64,000 bases of DNA from the human T2T-CHM13v2.0 reference genome, Homo sapiens. Under the pieces are notes generated by a model, which saw only the letters and a list, made by a program, of their open reading frames with translations, made no database searches and was not told the DNA's origin. This document shows positions 30,199 through 50,667 of the stretch, piece after piece (position 1 is the first letter of the stretch; each line of letters opens with the position of its first letter). The stretch lies in assembly GCF_009914755.1 (NCBI RefSeq), contig NC_060937.1; one strand, 5' to 3'. Made by a program: the position numbers and the translations under genes.

Positions 30199-31569
30199 TT
30201 TAGCTGCTCTGAAAGGACAGCAAGCAAGATGGAGATGGGGCAAAAGCATTCTCGTTACATTGTTGCATTAGCCCTGTGCCTGCAGAGCAGGGCGTGGCAT
30301 GTTTCATTACTCCTAACTGAAATCCAAGCCCCTGAATGCTCTAGGGACTTCTTAGAGGTCATCTGGCCAAGAGGACGCTGACTCAGAAGGGAGTCTGAAC
30401 CTGCAGCTACACACCCTACAGACCACAGGGAATCGCCTTCCCCGCCGTGGAGCCAGGAGGTGTGCAGCTGCCCAGACCCGGGCCCACTGCCCTCCTGCCT
30501 GCCTTACGGTGAGCACCCCTGCCCGCCACACCCCACCTCCTGCTCCCTGGCACCGCGGGAGCCACAGAGGGTGGGAGCCGTGCAGGCCGCTGGTGGCTGT
30601 CAGGCCCAAGGGACACGTGTGCCGATCACATGAGGTGACAGGGCACAGATCCTGTCTGCCTGGCCGTGGTTGGAGAGCTCAGGGCGCTGGAGAGCAGAGC
30701 TGGAGGGCTGCAGCGGGGAGGCTACGCTCCTGCCACAGAGCTCCAGGCCACAGGGAGGCCAGGAGAGCCCTGGACCAGGACCTGGACGAGGCTCGCAGGC
30801 ACCCGCGACTCAGGCCCTCCGAAACTCTGGGCCAACTTGGTTTCACACAAGGAAAAGTCCAGCCCCCTTAGGGTCTTGTTCAGCGACATGAAATTGGAAG
30901 TGAAAGACGCAAAAGTAAGAGGGCAGCGGTCACAGGTGCATCCCATGAACCCACAGGGCCTGAAACTCCGGGTGGAGCGTCAACATGGACCTGGGCGCAG
31001 ACTGAAAGCACTGCCTCTCACCCGAGTCAGCCGGGGTTGGCCAATTCGGAAACAGACGTCTAAATACAAAAGCAGGGAGCTAATTTGTGAACTGTCCTCA
31101 CTGCAGAGGGCCGTGTCAGGTGGGCTGGTCAGAAGCCCAGAGCAGTGTTTCCGGAGGGTGTCCTACGGGACTTAACGATCTCTGGATGATTTTAGATGCT
31201 CTGTTAAAAAGGTTTCTGTGTCAAGGGAATTCATGAAACTCTGGGTTAAACAAATTTGAAATAACAGATTTATTTGGAGGATTGTTTCTCAGAGCTTTAA
31301 ACTGGTATCTGTGCATTTCAAATCCCTAAGAGAAAGAATAAAGCTTTCTGAAGAACAGTCAGAAACATTCCATGAACACAAAGGGGAGGAGGTTTTGCTG
31401 GTTAGATAATTCCAACTGTTCTCAGAAAATGCTTTGAGGAAAACCGTTTTGAATACCAAAGTTCTGGGAGAACATTCGTTAATATACTGTGAATTCAGTA
31501 ATGGCGTGGCCCCATGCCTGACTGCTCACCTGTTTCTAAGGTGGGTCAGGGCGACTCTCCTGGGGTTAG

Positions 31570-31850
<281 letters not shown>

Positions 31851-32194
31851 CACCGCTCCCACACCAAACGGTAAGAGAGATGAAACCACTGGAAACAAAG
31901 TGTGCTGTGGCCTGCCAGGTGTGCTCAGCAGTCACGCTTCCTGAGGACGGCCCGGTCACGGGGAGCACAGAGCAGTGGCTCAAGGAGGTACTGACTGTGT
32001 GCGGACGCTGACTTTCTTGCTCCCATCAGCACAGGCCTGGTGGCTGAGCAGCCCCTGAGCTGCGTCCAGGCGGGTATCCGTGCCTGCACCCCCGTGGAAA
32101 CCAGACCCCCATAAGGCGTTTCAGAACACGTGCCTGTGCCTTGCAGGGGAAATAAAGCGATTCACTGGTTTTTCTGTTTCTAGAAGACTTCAGA

Positions 32195-32547
<353 letters not shown>

Positions 32548-33032
32548 TCAAGGACACACACACTGGATACGTTATTTCCAATTTCCTCAACCATGCAAGG
32601 ACACCAAAGGCTGCATGAAGCTGCCTGTGCTCCCCCTGCCGCCCCCTCCCCTCTTAGACGGCACCTTCCGTGGGGTGGAAGAATCTTCCGGAACCGTCAC
32701 GGATTTCCTAGTCCCATACCTGCTGTCCCTGCCTCTGGCCAGCCTCATGGGGCTCCTGAGGGAAGGGCCCAGCCCTGAGCTCGCCCAAACCGGCAGAAGC
32801 AGAGTTTTTCCAGGGGGCACCACAGGTCCCACTCACATCCCAGTGGCTGCCAGTCGCTTGGTGCCGCGGGCTGGGGTGGACGGGGACGGGTGGACCCGCC
32901 GGAGGCAAATGTCCCCGGCAGGCTCAGGTCTCTCTGAGGCTCCGGGTGGGGAGGCAAAGCCTCCCAGGTCAGGGCAGAGGCAGACTGGTCAGGAGCAGCA
33001 TGGGGCCTGCCTTGCGAGGCCAGCTCTGCTCA

Positions 33033-33335
<303 letters not shown>

Positions 33336-33409
33336 TCACCTGGGCCGCTTGGGAGGGCCTGGGGCCGCCCGCCACGCTGCGTGGGACTCCCGAGGAAGGG
33401 TTTGCTCGT

Positions 33410-33822
33410 TTTCCGTCTTTCCCATGTTCAGGTGCACAGTTCGGCGGCATTAACCACGTTCACACTGTGGACATTCTCCATCCTCCCTGGAACTCCCCAT
33501 CTTCCCAAACTGTAGCTCTGTCCCCACTCCACTCACCCCACCGCCCTCCCCAGGCCCTGGCCGCCCCCAGTTGACTTTTCTGTCTCCGGATGTGACTGCT
33601 CTGGGTGCCTGCTCCTCGTGGGACCGCACGCGATTTGTCCCTTTGTGGCGGGCGTGTTCCACTCAGGACGCATCCTCAGGTTCACCCGCGTGGCTCGCCA
33701 CGGCTTCCCTTCCTCTCCGCGGCTGAATCGCATTCCGTGCGTGGACGAACGCATTTTGATTGCCCGTCATCTGTGTGTGGATGCATGAGCTGCCTCCGCC
33801 TTTGGCTATTGGGAACACCGCG
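33410..33822 (-). mobile_element. L1MB-type 3' end, strongly GC-shifted
   Basis: Colinear with recalled L1MB 3' UTR landmarks (GTGCACAGTTCGGCGGCATTAA, CATCTTCCCAAACTG, GGCTGAAT, TTTGGCTATTG). Confidence 0.7.
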
Positions 33823-34609
33823 TCACGTAGACCTTTAGCATCCGTGGCCGGGGATTATCAGTTAACGAGCCTGTGCAGGAAGAAGGCTGAGGTGGGGGCT
33901 CTCCTGACTTGAGAGCGACCCCGCAGAGCTCTGGGTCCGTTGTGCACACTCAGGCGTTTCCTGTGCGGGGCCGACTCACTCGCCCTGCTGGTGCTTGGGG
34001 CTTTTCTTGCCTAACTTCTGGGCGTGCATTAGCAGCCAGCAAGCTCATCAGCACAGACAAGCTCAGAGCTCATCTTATAGGCACTGCCTCCCTTATTTTC
34101 TTTGGTATGTCAAATTTTACAACTGTTTACTGAAAAATAAATGCATGCGAGTATATATGTATTTAATAAAACACGGTTAAGGAAGAAGTCCGGGAGGCCT
34201 GTCCTGGTCCATCTTCCAGGGCAGTGGGGAAAGATGGAGCCAGCGGCTTCTGGGGTACTGAGCTCACCCCGCAGTCCACACAGCCAGCCCTGCACCTCAC
34301 GGAGCAGGTGGCACTGGGTGCGCAGCTCTCAGGGAACATGGCCACGTCTGGCCCCACTAGGCTCCCATCCACCATTGCAGTGGCCTCATTCCGCTAGTGT
34401 GCAAGCCATCAGAGAGGAGCTCGGAAGAGACTGATCTGAATTACGATGATCCTGGCCATAATGAGGCTAACAATGCCCAGGGCTGGCAGGACAGTCCTGG
34501 AAATCCCGTGGTCACCGTCTGGGTGGAGACAGCCCTGGAGGGGCTGCCTCTTCCAAAGACATGAGCTCTCTCCTCTCACTGCTAGCCATCGTGGGGACTG
34601 CAGCCGCTG

Positions 34610-35095
34610 CGGGTCAGTAGTGGCAGGAGGCGAAGTGATGGCCATGGTACTCATGATGTAGTTTCAGAGATGCAGTCGTGTGGGAGGACTAGTGACGGCC
34701 GTGGTGACAGTACCAGTAGCAGCAGCAACAATGGTGGTGGTACTCGTGACGGTCAGGGTGGGAACAGTGTGGTGCCAGTGACTGCAGCAGTGGTTGTCGT
34801 ACTAGTGACGGTATCATGTGGAGGAACTGGTGATATCAGTGGTGACAGGACCAGTAGCAGCAGCCATAGTGGTGATGGCTGTACTGGTGACAAAAGCGGA
34901 GCAGTGATAAAAGGCGGGGGTGGCACTAGTGGCGGGGGTGGCAGTGGCACCAGTGGCGGGGGTGGCAGTGGCACTAGTGGTGGCGGTGACAGTGTTGCTA
35001 GCGACAGCAGCAGTAGGGATGGTGTGGTGCTGCCGATGGGAGCAGCTGTGGTGGTGGCAGTAGTTACAGTGCGAGTGGCCATGCAGGGGAGCAGT
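34610..35095. repeat. Degenerate (GGT/AGT/GGC/AGC)n triplet low-complexity tract
   Basis: Triplet periodicity; includes a ~21-bp unit x3 near 34915-34985. Confidence 0.75.
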
Positions 35096-35922
35096 GACCC
35101 CCGTTGCCGAGCCCTTGCCCCACTGGGCACTGCTCCCAGGGTGTCATCTGCCACTCAGTCCTCACGAGAGCCTGTGAAGGGCATGGTGATCACCCCTCTT
35201 GTGGATGGGGCATGTGGGGCTGAGAGGTTGTGTTGCTGTTTTGGAGCCATGTTAGCTTCAGAAGGTTCTGCTGTGGACCCTGTGGGTGTGTCTGAGGCCC
35301 ACAGCCACCTAGGAGAGGGGCGAGCCTGCTGTCACGGCGCCATTGGCCAGAGGCAGGCTCTGCGGTGGGTGCCGCGTGCGTTCTGACATCCCACTTCTCT
35401 GTACACCGGGGCTGTGACACTGCCCTGCCGGGGCTGTCGTGGGGAAAAGATGACCCTAAGCCCAGGCTGGGCCCACGGTGAACGGCCACTCAACACGGCC
35501 GCTACATGGAGCATGGTTGCCCGTGACACGCCATGCGGAGACAGGCCGCAGAGACAGGCTGCAGAGACGCTTTCCAGCGGCTGTTGGGCCACTCTTGAAG
35601 GCACTCATCAGGGCCTCCCTTGGCCCGGCGGGAGGGCTGCAGCAGCGGCAAGAGTCTATGAATGGTTCTCAAGCCCAGGGCTCTGGGCCGGTCCTGACCC
35701 CGCCTACGGCTCTGCCCCCGCGCAGGGTGGCTGCAGCTCTGGACTCATGGGAGCACGCGATGCAGGCTGTAACACAAACTGTGGCTCTTGCTGCCAGAGG
35801 TGGTTTGAAAATGGAAAAGGGAGTAGAGTTAAAAAGCACTTTGAAGTGTCAATTTCATAAAATCAAACCCTTAAAACATTTTTGGTCATTATCATAGAAT
35901 ATATAAATTATTCATCTATTAA

Positions 35923-36229
<307 letters not shown>

Positions 36230-36338
36230 GTGAAATAATTTTTAAAATATGAGTAGGAAATATATTAGCAAATGTTTTAGAAATTTAAATTATTAACACA
36301 GATTCTTGTGCTCATTACATTGTTTTCAAATGTCCAGC

Positions 36339-36670
<332 letters not shown>

Positions 36671-37871
36671 TAATTTGCGTCCAGTTGCAGCACTCAGCTA
36701 GCAGGAGTCCAGCACTGCTCCCTTCTCAGCATCTGACTCTGGCCCACCAGTTGGGTCACGTGCCTTCCCTCTTTCATTTTAACGAGTTAGCAAAGTTGCC
36801 TGTGAGTCCACTGCTTAGGCCATCTGTCCCCAGGGTAGTAAAGGCACGCGCCTGCTTTGCTGCAGACTCAGTGGGGGTGGGACGGCCAGGCCGGCAGAGC
36901 TGCGTGTTGATCGAAGGCCGGTTGCTCACCGCTGTTCTCACGGAGGGGTGGGCAGCTCTGCCCTCCTTGTTGGGATGCCAGTCACAGCAGATACCAAAAG
37001 GTAATCTTGAACGAGGCTAGCGTGGCTGTTGGATGTGCGTGGGACTGGGCGGTGCCAGGACTAAGGGCCAACTGCAGGTCAGGAGTTTTGAGTCCTTTTT
37101 GCTTTTTTTAAATGGAAGCCAACCGAGCCGCCTCCTCATTACCTTTCAAAGTCAGGCCTAGAGTCAGGCGCTACCGCAGCCACCCCAGCCTGGCCTCTCA
37201 GAGGCCTGCCCTCCACAGGACGGGCTGCGGACGGGGACAAATCCCAGTGAGCAGCTGGCCAGCTGGCACAGACCACAAGGACGGAAGTGCCGTGTTAAGG
37301 GGGCGACATGATCCAACCCGCTTCACCCTCACACAGCCCGATTTGGGGGTGTGATTCACATGTGGCAGTCGCCCCGTTACAGGTTAGAAACCTGTGGCCC
37401 ATGGGGTGGAGCCGCTCCCGTGGTTCCCGTGGTCTCCTTGGCTCCCTTGGCCGGCGGGTGGTGGGGCCAACCCAGGGCACAGCAGGAAAATGCAGGAAAT
37501 ATTGTACAAACCCTTGTCCCCAGGGTCCCCCCGATCCCACCTGCACCCAGGCACTGGTGCGTTTCTTTGTCTTTTGTTCTGACACAAATGATACCAAAAC
37601 CACTGAATTCTTCCCTTGCACAGTTTCTTCAACATCACCGTGCTTATCGCTAATCCTGCTTTTGGGCTGAAAACAGGCCTTAAGCAAAGCAGATTAAAAA
37701 ATAAGCCAACTCCCCCAACAAATAAAAAAATCGATGTGAACCCACAAGATTTCCAGCCCAGTGTCCCGGGCAGGGCGCCCTCACAGCAGGCAGCCGGCAG
37801 GTGCAGGGTCAGCTTCTGTCTCCTTTAAGCAGACGTGCAGATGGCGGCAGCTCCAGGCCCCCGCCCCCCAC

Positions 37872-38099
<228 letters not shown>

Positions 38100-38454
38100 C
38101 TAGTTTAGACTTCTGCTCCAATAATTCCACCCCTGACAATCTAGCTTTCATGAATAATTTTAAAAGTAGAAAAATTTGTGTAATAACATGTTATCAGAGT
38201 GTGGTTTAAATGAGCGAGCCATGGGCAGGCCACTCAAGTCCTGCAGCAGAAAGGAGATGGGGCAAATTCGGTTGCATCCAAGTGTCGGGTGTTAGTCACT
38301 AAAAACAGAACGTTTGATGGCCTGGAGATATGCTCGTGATTTGCAGCATGCTTTCAACGAGATGTTTTCCCTGTAAAAACAGCTTCATTGAGTTATAACT
38401 ACATACAACAAACTAGGCATAATGAAACATGCACGACCCTAAGATTTTTATACT

Positions 38455-41400
38455 GGTGTACCGCGGGACCCAGCACCCAGGCGCAGGGTGAACATAGGTG
38501 TACCCCGGGACCCAGCATCCACACGTAGAGTGAACATAGGTGTACCCCGTGACCCAGCATCCAGGTGCAGGATGAACATAGGTGTACCCTGGGACCCAGC
38601 ACCCAGGCGTAGAGTGAACATAGGTGTACCCTGGGACCCAGCACCCAGGCGTAGAGTGAACATAGGTGTACCCTGTGACCCAGCACCCACACGTAGAGTG
38701 AACATAGGTGTACCCCGGGACCCAGCATCCACATGTAGAGTGAACACAGGTGTACCCCGGGACCCGGCACCCAGGTGTAGAGTGAACATAGGTGTACCCC
38801 GGGACCCGGCACCCAGGTGTAGAGTGAACATAGGTGTACCCTGGGACCCAGCACCCACATGTAGAGTGAACACAGGTGTACCCCGGGACCCGGCACCCAG
38901 GTGTAGAGTGAACATAGGTGTACCCCGGGACCCGGCACCCAGGTGTAGAGTGAACATAGGTGTACCCTGGGACCCAGCATCCAGGCGTAGAGTGAACATA
39001 GGTGTACCCCGGGACCCGGCACCCACGCATAGAGTGAACATAGGTGTACCCCGGGACCCGGTACCCAGGTGTAGAGTGAACATAGGTGTACCCCGGGACC
39101 CAGCACCCAGGTGTAGAGTGAACATAGGTGTACCCCGGGACCCGGCACCCAGGTGTAGAGTGAACACAGGTGTACCCCGGGACCCGGCACCCAGGTGTAG
39201 AGTGAACATAGGTGTACCCCGGGACCCAGCACCCAGGTGTAGAGTGAACATAGGTGTACCCCAGGACCCGGCACCCAGGTGTAGAGTGAACATAGGTGTA
39301 CCCTGGGACCCAGCACCCAGGTGTAGAGTGAACATAGGTGTACCCCAGGACCCGGCACCCACGCATAGAGTGAACATAGGTGTACCCTGTGACCCAGCAC
39401 CCAGGCGTAGAGTGAACATAGGTGTAGCCCGTGACCCAGCACCCAGTCGTAGAGTGAACATAGGTGTACCCCAGGACCTGGCACCCAGGTGTAGAGTGAA
39501 CACAGGTGTACCCCGGGACCCAGCACCCAGGTGTAGAGTGAACATAGGTGTACCCCGGGACCCGGCACCCAGGTGTAGAGTGAACACAGGTGTACCCCGG
39601 GACCCAGCACCCAGGTGTAGGGTGAACATAGGTGTACCCCGGGACCCGGCACCCAGGTGCAGGGTGAATACAGGTGTACCCCGGGACCCAGCACCCACAT
39701 GTAGAGTGAACATAGGTGTACCCCGGGACCCAGCACCCAGGCACAGAGTGAACATAGGTGTACCCTGGGACCCAGCACCCAGGTGTAGAGTGAACATAGG
39801 TGTACCCCGGGACCCGGCACCCAGGCGCAGGGTGAACATAGGTGTACCCCGGGACCCAGCATCCACACGTAGAGTGAACACAGGTGTACCCCGGGACCCG
39901 GCACCCAGGTGTAGAGTGAACATAGGTGTACCCCAGGACCCGGCACCCAGGTGTAGAGTGAACATAGGTGTACCCCGGGACCTGGCACCCAGGTGTAGAG
40001 TGAACATAGGTGTACCCCGGGACCCGGCACCCAGGTGTAGAGTGAACATAGGTGTACCCCGGGACCCGGCACCCAGGTGTAGAGTGAACATAGGTGTACC
40101 CCGGGACCCGGCACCCAGGTGTAGAGTGAACACAGGTGTACCCCGGGACCCGGCACCCAGGTGTAGGGTGAACATAGGTGTACCCCGGGACCCGGCACCC
40201 AGGTGTAGAGTGAACATAGGTGTACCCCGGGACCCGGCACCCAGGTGTAGAGTGAACACAGGTGTACCCCGGGACCCGGCACCCAGGTGTAGGGTGAACA
40301 TAGGTGTACCCCGGGACCCGGCACCCAGGTGCAGGGTGAATACAGGTGTACCCCGGGACCCAGCACCCACATGTAGAGTGAACATAGGTGTACCCCGGGA
40401 CCCAGAACCCAGGCACAGAGTGAACATAGGTGTACCCTGGGACCCAGCACCCAGGTGTAGAGTGAACATAGGTGTACCCCGGGACCCAGCATCCACACGT
40501 AGAGTGAACACAGGTGTACCCCGGGACCCAGCACCCAGGTGTAGAGTGAACATAGGTGTACCCCGGGACCCAGAACCCAGGCACAGAGTGAACATAGGTG
40601 TACCCTGGGACCCAGCACCCAGGTGTAGAGTGAACATAGGTGTACCCCGGGACCCAGCATCCACACGTAGAGTGAACACAGGTGTACCCCGGGACCCGGC
40701 ACCCAGGCGCAGGGTGAACATAGGTGTACCCCGGGACCCAGCATCCACACGTAGAGTGAACACAGGTGTACCCCGGGACCCGGCACCCAGGCGCAGGGTG
40801 AACATAGGTGTACCCCGGGACCCAGCATCCACACGTAGAGTGAACACAGGTGTACCCCGGGACCCGGCACCCAGGTGTAGAGTGAACATAGGTGTACCCC
40901 AGGACCCGGCACCCAGGTGTAGAGTGAACATAGGTGTACCCCGGGACCCGGCACCCAGGTGTAGAGTGAACATAGGTGTACCCCGGGACCCGGCACCCAG
41001 GTGTAGAGTGAACATAGGTGTACCCCGGGACCCGGCACCCAGGTGTAGAGTGAACACAGGTGTACCCCGGGACCCAGCACCCAGGTGTAGGGTGAACATA
41101 GGTGTACCCCGGGACCCGGCACCCAGGTGCAGGGTGAATACAGGTGTACCCCGGGACCCAGCACCCACATGTAGAGTGAACATAGGTGTACCCCGGGACC
41201 CAGCACCCAGGCACAGAGTGAACATAGGTGTACCCTGGGACCCAGCACCCAGGCGCAGGGTGAACATAGGTGTACCCCGGGACCCAGCATCCACACGTAG
41301 AGTGAACACAGGTGTACCCCGGGACCCGGCACCCAGGCGCAGGGTGAACATAGGTGTACCCCGGGACCCAGCATCCACACGTAGAGTGAACACAGGTGTA

Positions 41401-42272
41401 CCCCGGGACCCGGCACCCAGGTGTAGAGTGAACATAGGTGTACCCCAGGACCCGGCACCCACGCATAGAGTGAACGTAGGTGTACCCTGTGACCCAGCAC
41501 CCACACGTAGAGTGAACACAGGTGTACCCCGGGACCCAGCACCCAGGTGTAGAGTGAACATAGGTGTACCCCGGGACCCGGCACCCAGGTGCAGGGTGAA
41601 CATAGGTGTACCCCGGGACCCGGCACCCAGGTGTAGAGTGAACACAGGTGTACCCCGGGACCCGGCACCCAGGCGCAGGGTGAACATAGGTGTACCCCGG
41701 GACCCGGCACCCAGGTGTAGAGTGAACATAGGTGTACCCTGTGACCCAGCACCCACACGTAGAGTGAACATAGGTGTACCCCGGGACCCAGCACCCAGGT
41801 GTAGAGTGAACATAGGTATACCCCGGGACCCAGCACCCAGGTGTAGAGTGAGCATAGGTGTACCCTGGGACTCGGCACCCAGGCGCAGGGTGAACATAGG
41901 TGTACCCCGGGACCCAGCACCCACACGTAGAGTGAACATAGGTGTACCCCGGGACCCAGCACCCACACGTAGAGTGAACACAGGTGTACCCCGGGACCCA
42001 GCACCCACACGTAGAGTGAACATAGGTGTACCCCGGGACCCAGCACCCACACGTAGAGTGAACACAGGTGTACCCCGGGACCCGGCACCCACACATAGAG
42101 TGAACATAGGTGTACCCCGGGACCCAGCACCCAGGCGCAGGGTGAACACAGGTGTACCCCATGACCCAGCACCCAGGTGTAGAGTGAACATAGGTGTACC
42201 CCAGGACCCAGCACCCAGGCGCAGGGTGAACACAGGTGTACCCCGGGACCCAGCACCCAGGTGCAGAGTGAA
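38455..42272. repeat. VNTR, 42-bp unit, about 91 copies, in intron 2
   Basis: AGAGTGAACATAGGTGTACCCCGGGACCC(A/G)GCACCCAGGTGT in tandem. Confidence 0.98.
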
Positions 42273-42678
42273 TGCCTCTGTTGACCCTGAAGCCGCCGGT
42301 GCCCTCTGCAATCCGTCCTCCTGCCTCTCCCAAGCCCCACTGCTGCGACCGTGCGTGTTACTCGGCGTGTTCCAGGCCCTGTGTAAACAGAATCACGGAG
42401 AACGTGCCGTGCTTTCCGCCTGGCTTTTGTCACTCCTTATAACTGCTCTGAGAAGCGCCCACGTTGTTGGGGATCAATAGTGATTCCTTTTTATGGCTGA
42501 ATAGCTCCCTCTTGCATTGATCTGCCATGGCTGCTCTATCTGCAGACCTGCAGTTTGGGCTGTGTCCAGTCTGGGGCTCTGAGCATGAGGCACCAGATCC
42601 TGGTGTGGACAGAGGCTCTCTTCTCTTGGGCGAATGCTGGGGCAGAGCCTCCAGATCACGTGGTGATGAATGTTTAAC

Positions 42679-46056
<3,378 letters not shown>

Positions 46057-46529
46057 CTAATGTGACAACTTCTGACTGTTATTGGGGGTCTTCACACCAT
46101 TCGCATTTGGCGTCATTATTATTATCTTGTTTGTTTTCTACCTGTACTGTCTAGTATTTGTCCCTCCTTCCCCCTTTTCTGCCTTTTTTGGGTTGAATGT
46201 TTCTCAAGGGATTCAATTTTAACTCTTTTGCTGGGGCTTACTATTGCTAACTCTTCTGTGATTTCAGCGGTGGCTTTTGGGTTCATGGTGTCCGTCTGCA
46301 GCTCGTTACAGCTGTGGGATGACACTGTGGCATACACGGTGTGGGAACCTCACCGTCATCGGCTTCCATCTCTCCCCTGCTAGCCTTCGTGCTATTGTTG
46401 TTGTACATTCTACTTATATTTTATAAACCATACCGTTCATTATTATTTTTAAGTCAATTATCTTTTAAAGATATTTAAATAACATGTTTTAAAATCTTAC
46501 ACATTTCCCCATACAGTTACCATTTCTGT

Positions 46530-46855
46530 AACACTCTATCCCGCTGCGTGGGTCCATGTCTCTATCATGCCATGTCCCGCCACTTGGGTCCGTGTCTCTA
46601 TCATGCTCCGCCCCGCCGTGTGGGTCTGTGTCTCTATCACGCTTTACTCCACCACACGGGTCCGTGTCTCTGTCACGTTGTGTCCCGCCGCGTGGGTCCG
46701 TGTCACTATCACACTCTGTCCCCACCCTGTGTGTGAGTCTGTGTCTCTATCACGCTTTACTCCACCGTGCTGGTCCGTGTCTCTGTCACGTTGTGTCCCG
46801 CCACGCGGCGTCCGCGTCTCTATCACGCTGTGTCCTGTGGCGCGGGTCTCTGTTT
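46530..46855. repeat. 36-bp tandem repeat, about 9 copies
   Basis: TGGGTCCGTGTCTCTATCA... at 46549, 46585, 46621 and onward. Confidence 0.88.
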
Positions 46856-47015
46856 GCATCCAGTGCGGTTTTCCTTCTGTCTGAGTGACTTCCATTAGCA
46901 TTTCTTGTTACATGACTCTGTGGGTGATGAATTCTTTCAGCTTTTGTTTGTCTGAGAAAGGCTATTTTGCCTTCATTTCTGAAAGATATTTTTTTCAGGG
47001 TGTAGAATTCTAACA

Positions 47016-49132
<2,117 letters not shown>

Positions 49133-49240
49133 ACAAAGGGACTCTAGGCAGATCCGGCCTCACTGAAGCCACCTGGAGATGCTGGGGGTTAGTGGAAGGC
49201 AGATGGTTAGGACCGCAGGGTCCCCAGCAGGGTGGCTTTA

Positions 49241-49456
<216 letters not shown>

Positions 49457-49536
49457 TCAGAGCCAGCTGTGGTGTGAACTGTGGCCTCCCTCCCGCGGGG
49501 TCAGGCACCATAGTCTGGGGAAGAAAGGGAGGGCAG

Positions 49537-49763
49537 ACACTGCAAACTCTGCCTCCCGGGTTCACTCCGTTCTCCTGCCTCAGCCTCCTGAGTAGCTGGG
49601 ACTACAGGTGCCCACCACCACGCCCGGCTAATTTTTTTGTATTTTTAGTAGAGACGGGGTTTCACCATGTCGGCCAGGATGGTCTCGATCTCCTGACCTT
49701 GTGATCTGCCCACCTCAGCCTCCCAAAGTGCTGGGATTACAGGCGTGAGCCACTGCACCCAGC
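49537..49763 (-). mobile_element. Truncated AluY-like SINE
   Basis: Reverse Alu lacking its tail end. Confidence 0.9.
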
Positions 49764-50667
49764 CCCACCGTGCCCCTTTTCTAATGGTTCCATCTATGTG
49801 GCCACAAACAGAACCGAAACTGGCCTACTCTATGGGCTTGTGACGCCGATGGTGGAGGCCAGTGTGCCCAGCTCCAGCTCCTTCTTCTCTTGCCAGAAAC
49901 CCAGGTGCTGCAGGGACAGCTGCCACCAAGCAGCATCCCCAGCCCCACAAGCAGTGTTCCGGAAACAAGGGTGGGCTCGAGGCCCTGAAAGACCCTGGGG
50001 CACGAGGGTGAAGGAGCTGGACACAGCAGACACCAGCCCTATGCCCAGCACGCGGGAGGCCCAGACGTCCTCCCACAGCAAGGGCTAGTTCTTATTTGCC
50101 ATATTCCCTGATAAGGCTCAGTGAGGTTATGTGTCTTGGCCAAAGCCAGAGCTGACAAAGGTGTTTGCCTGCAAAGCCCGAGCATTTCTGTGATTAAGTA
50201 ACCCGCAGTGTGTGGATGGAGTCCACACAGCCTCTAAAATCAGAGCCCTGGTGCCTGGCCATGCCAGGACAGGCTGTGGCAGGCGGATGCCCACCAGGTG
50301 GGGCCGGCGAGGGCGCCCCTCCCAACGGCCACTTTAACACCCAGCAACTTGTTTTCATTTTGTACTAAAACTGCACTCTGGGCTTGCGGGTCAGCCCCGG
50401 GAGACGCCACTGCTCCCTTTTCCTTGGTGATGAATTCCCCACCTTTGGGGAGGGGAGGGGTGGGAATGAATGGGGAGAGGGAGGCGAAGATGGAGGCTTG
50501 GCCCACCCTCCATGGGGCAGAAATGGCACTTGGAAGCAAAAGACCTTCCTGCTGGTGGCTGGGGCCTTTTTCAGCCGCATCAGAGCCAGATGTCCTAGCA
50601 TGGATGGGTTGGTGAGATTAGGAAGGGCACTTGGCAAAGTCACTCCTCCTCCAGGACATGAAACCTC

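Noticed and set aside
38399-42480. Four ORFs of ~1300 aa as protein-coding genes
   Set aside because: They result from a stop-free 42-bp (14-codon) repeat unit; intronic, with no unique domain or gene structure.
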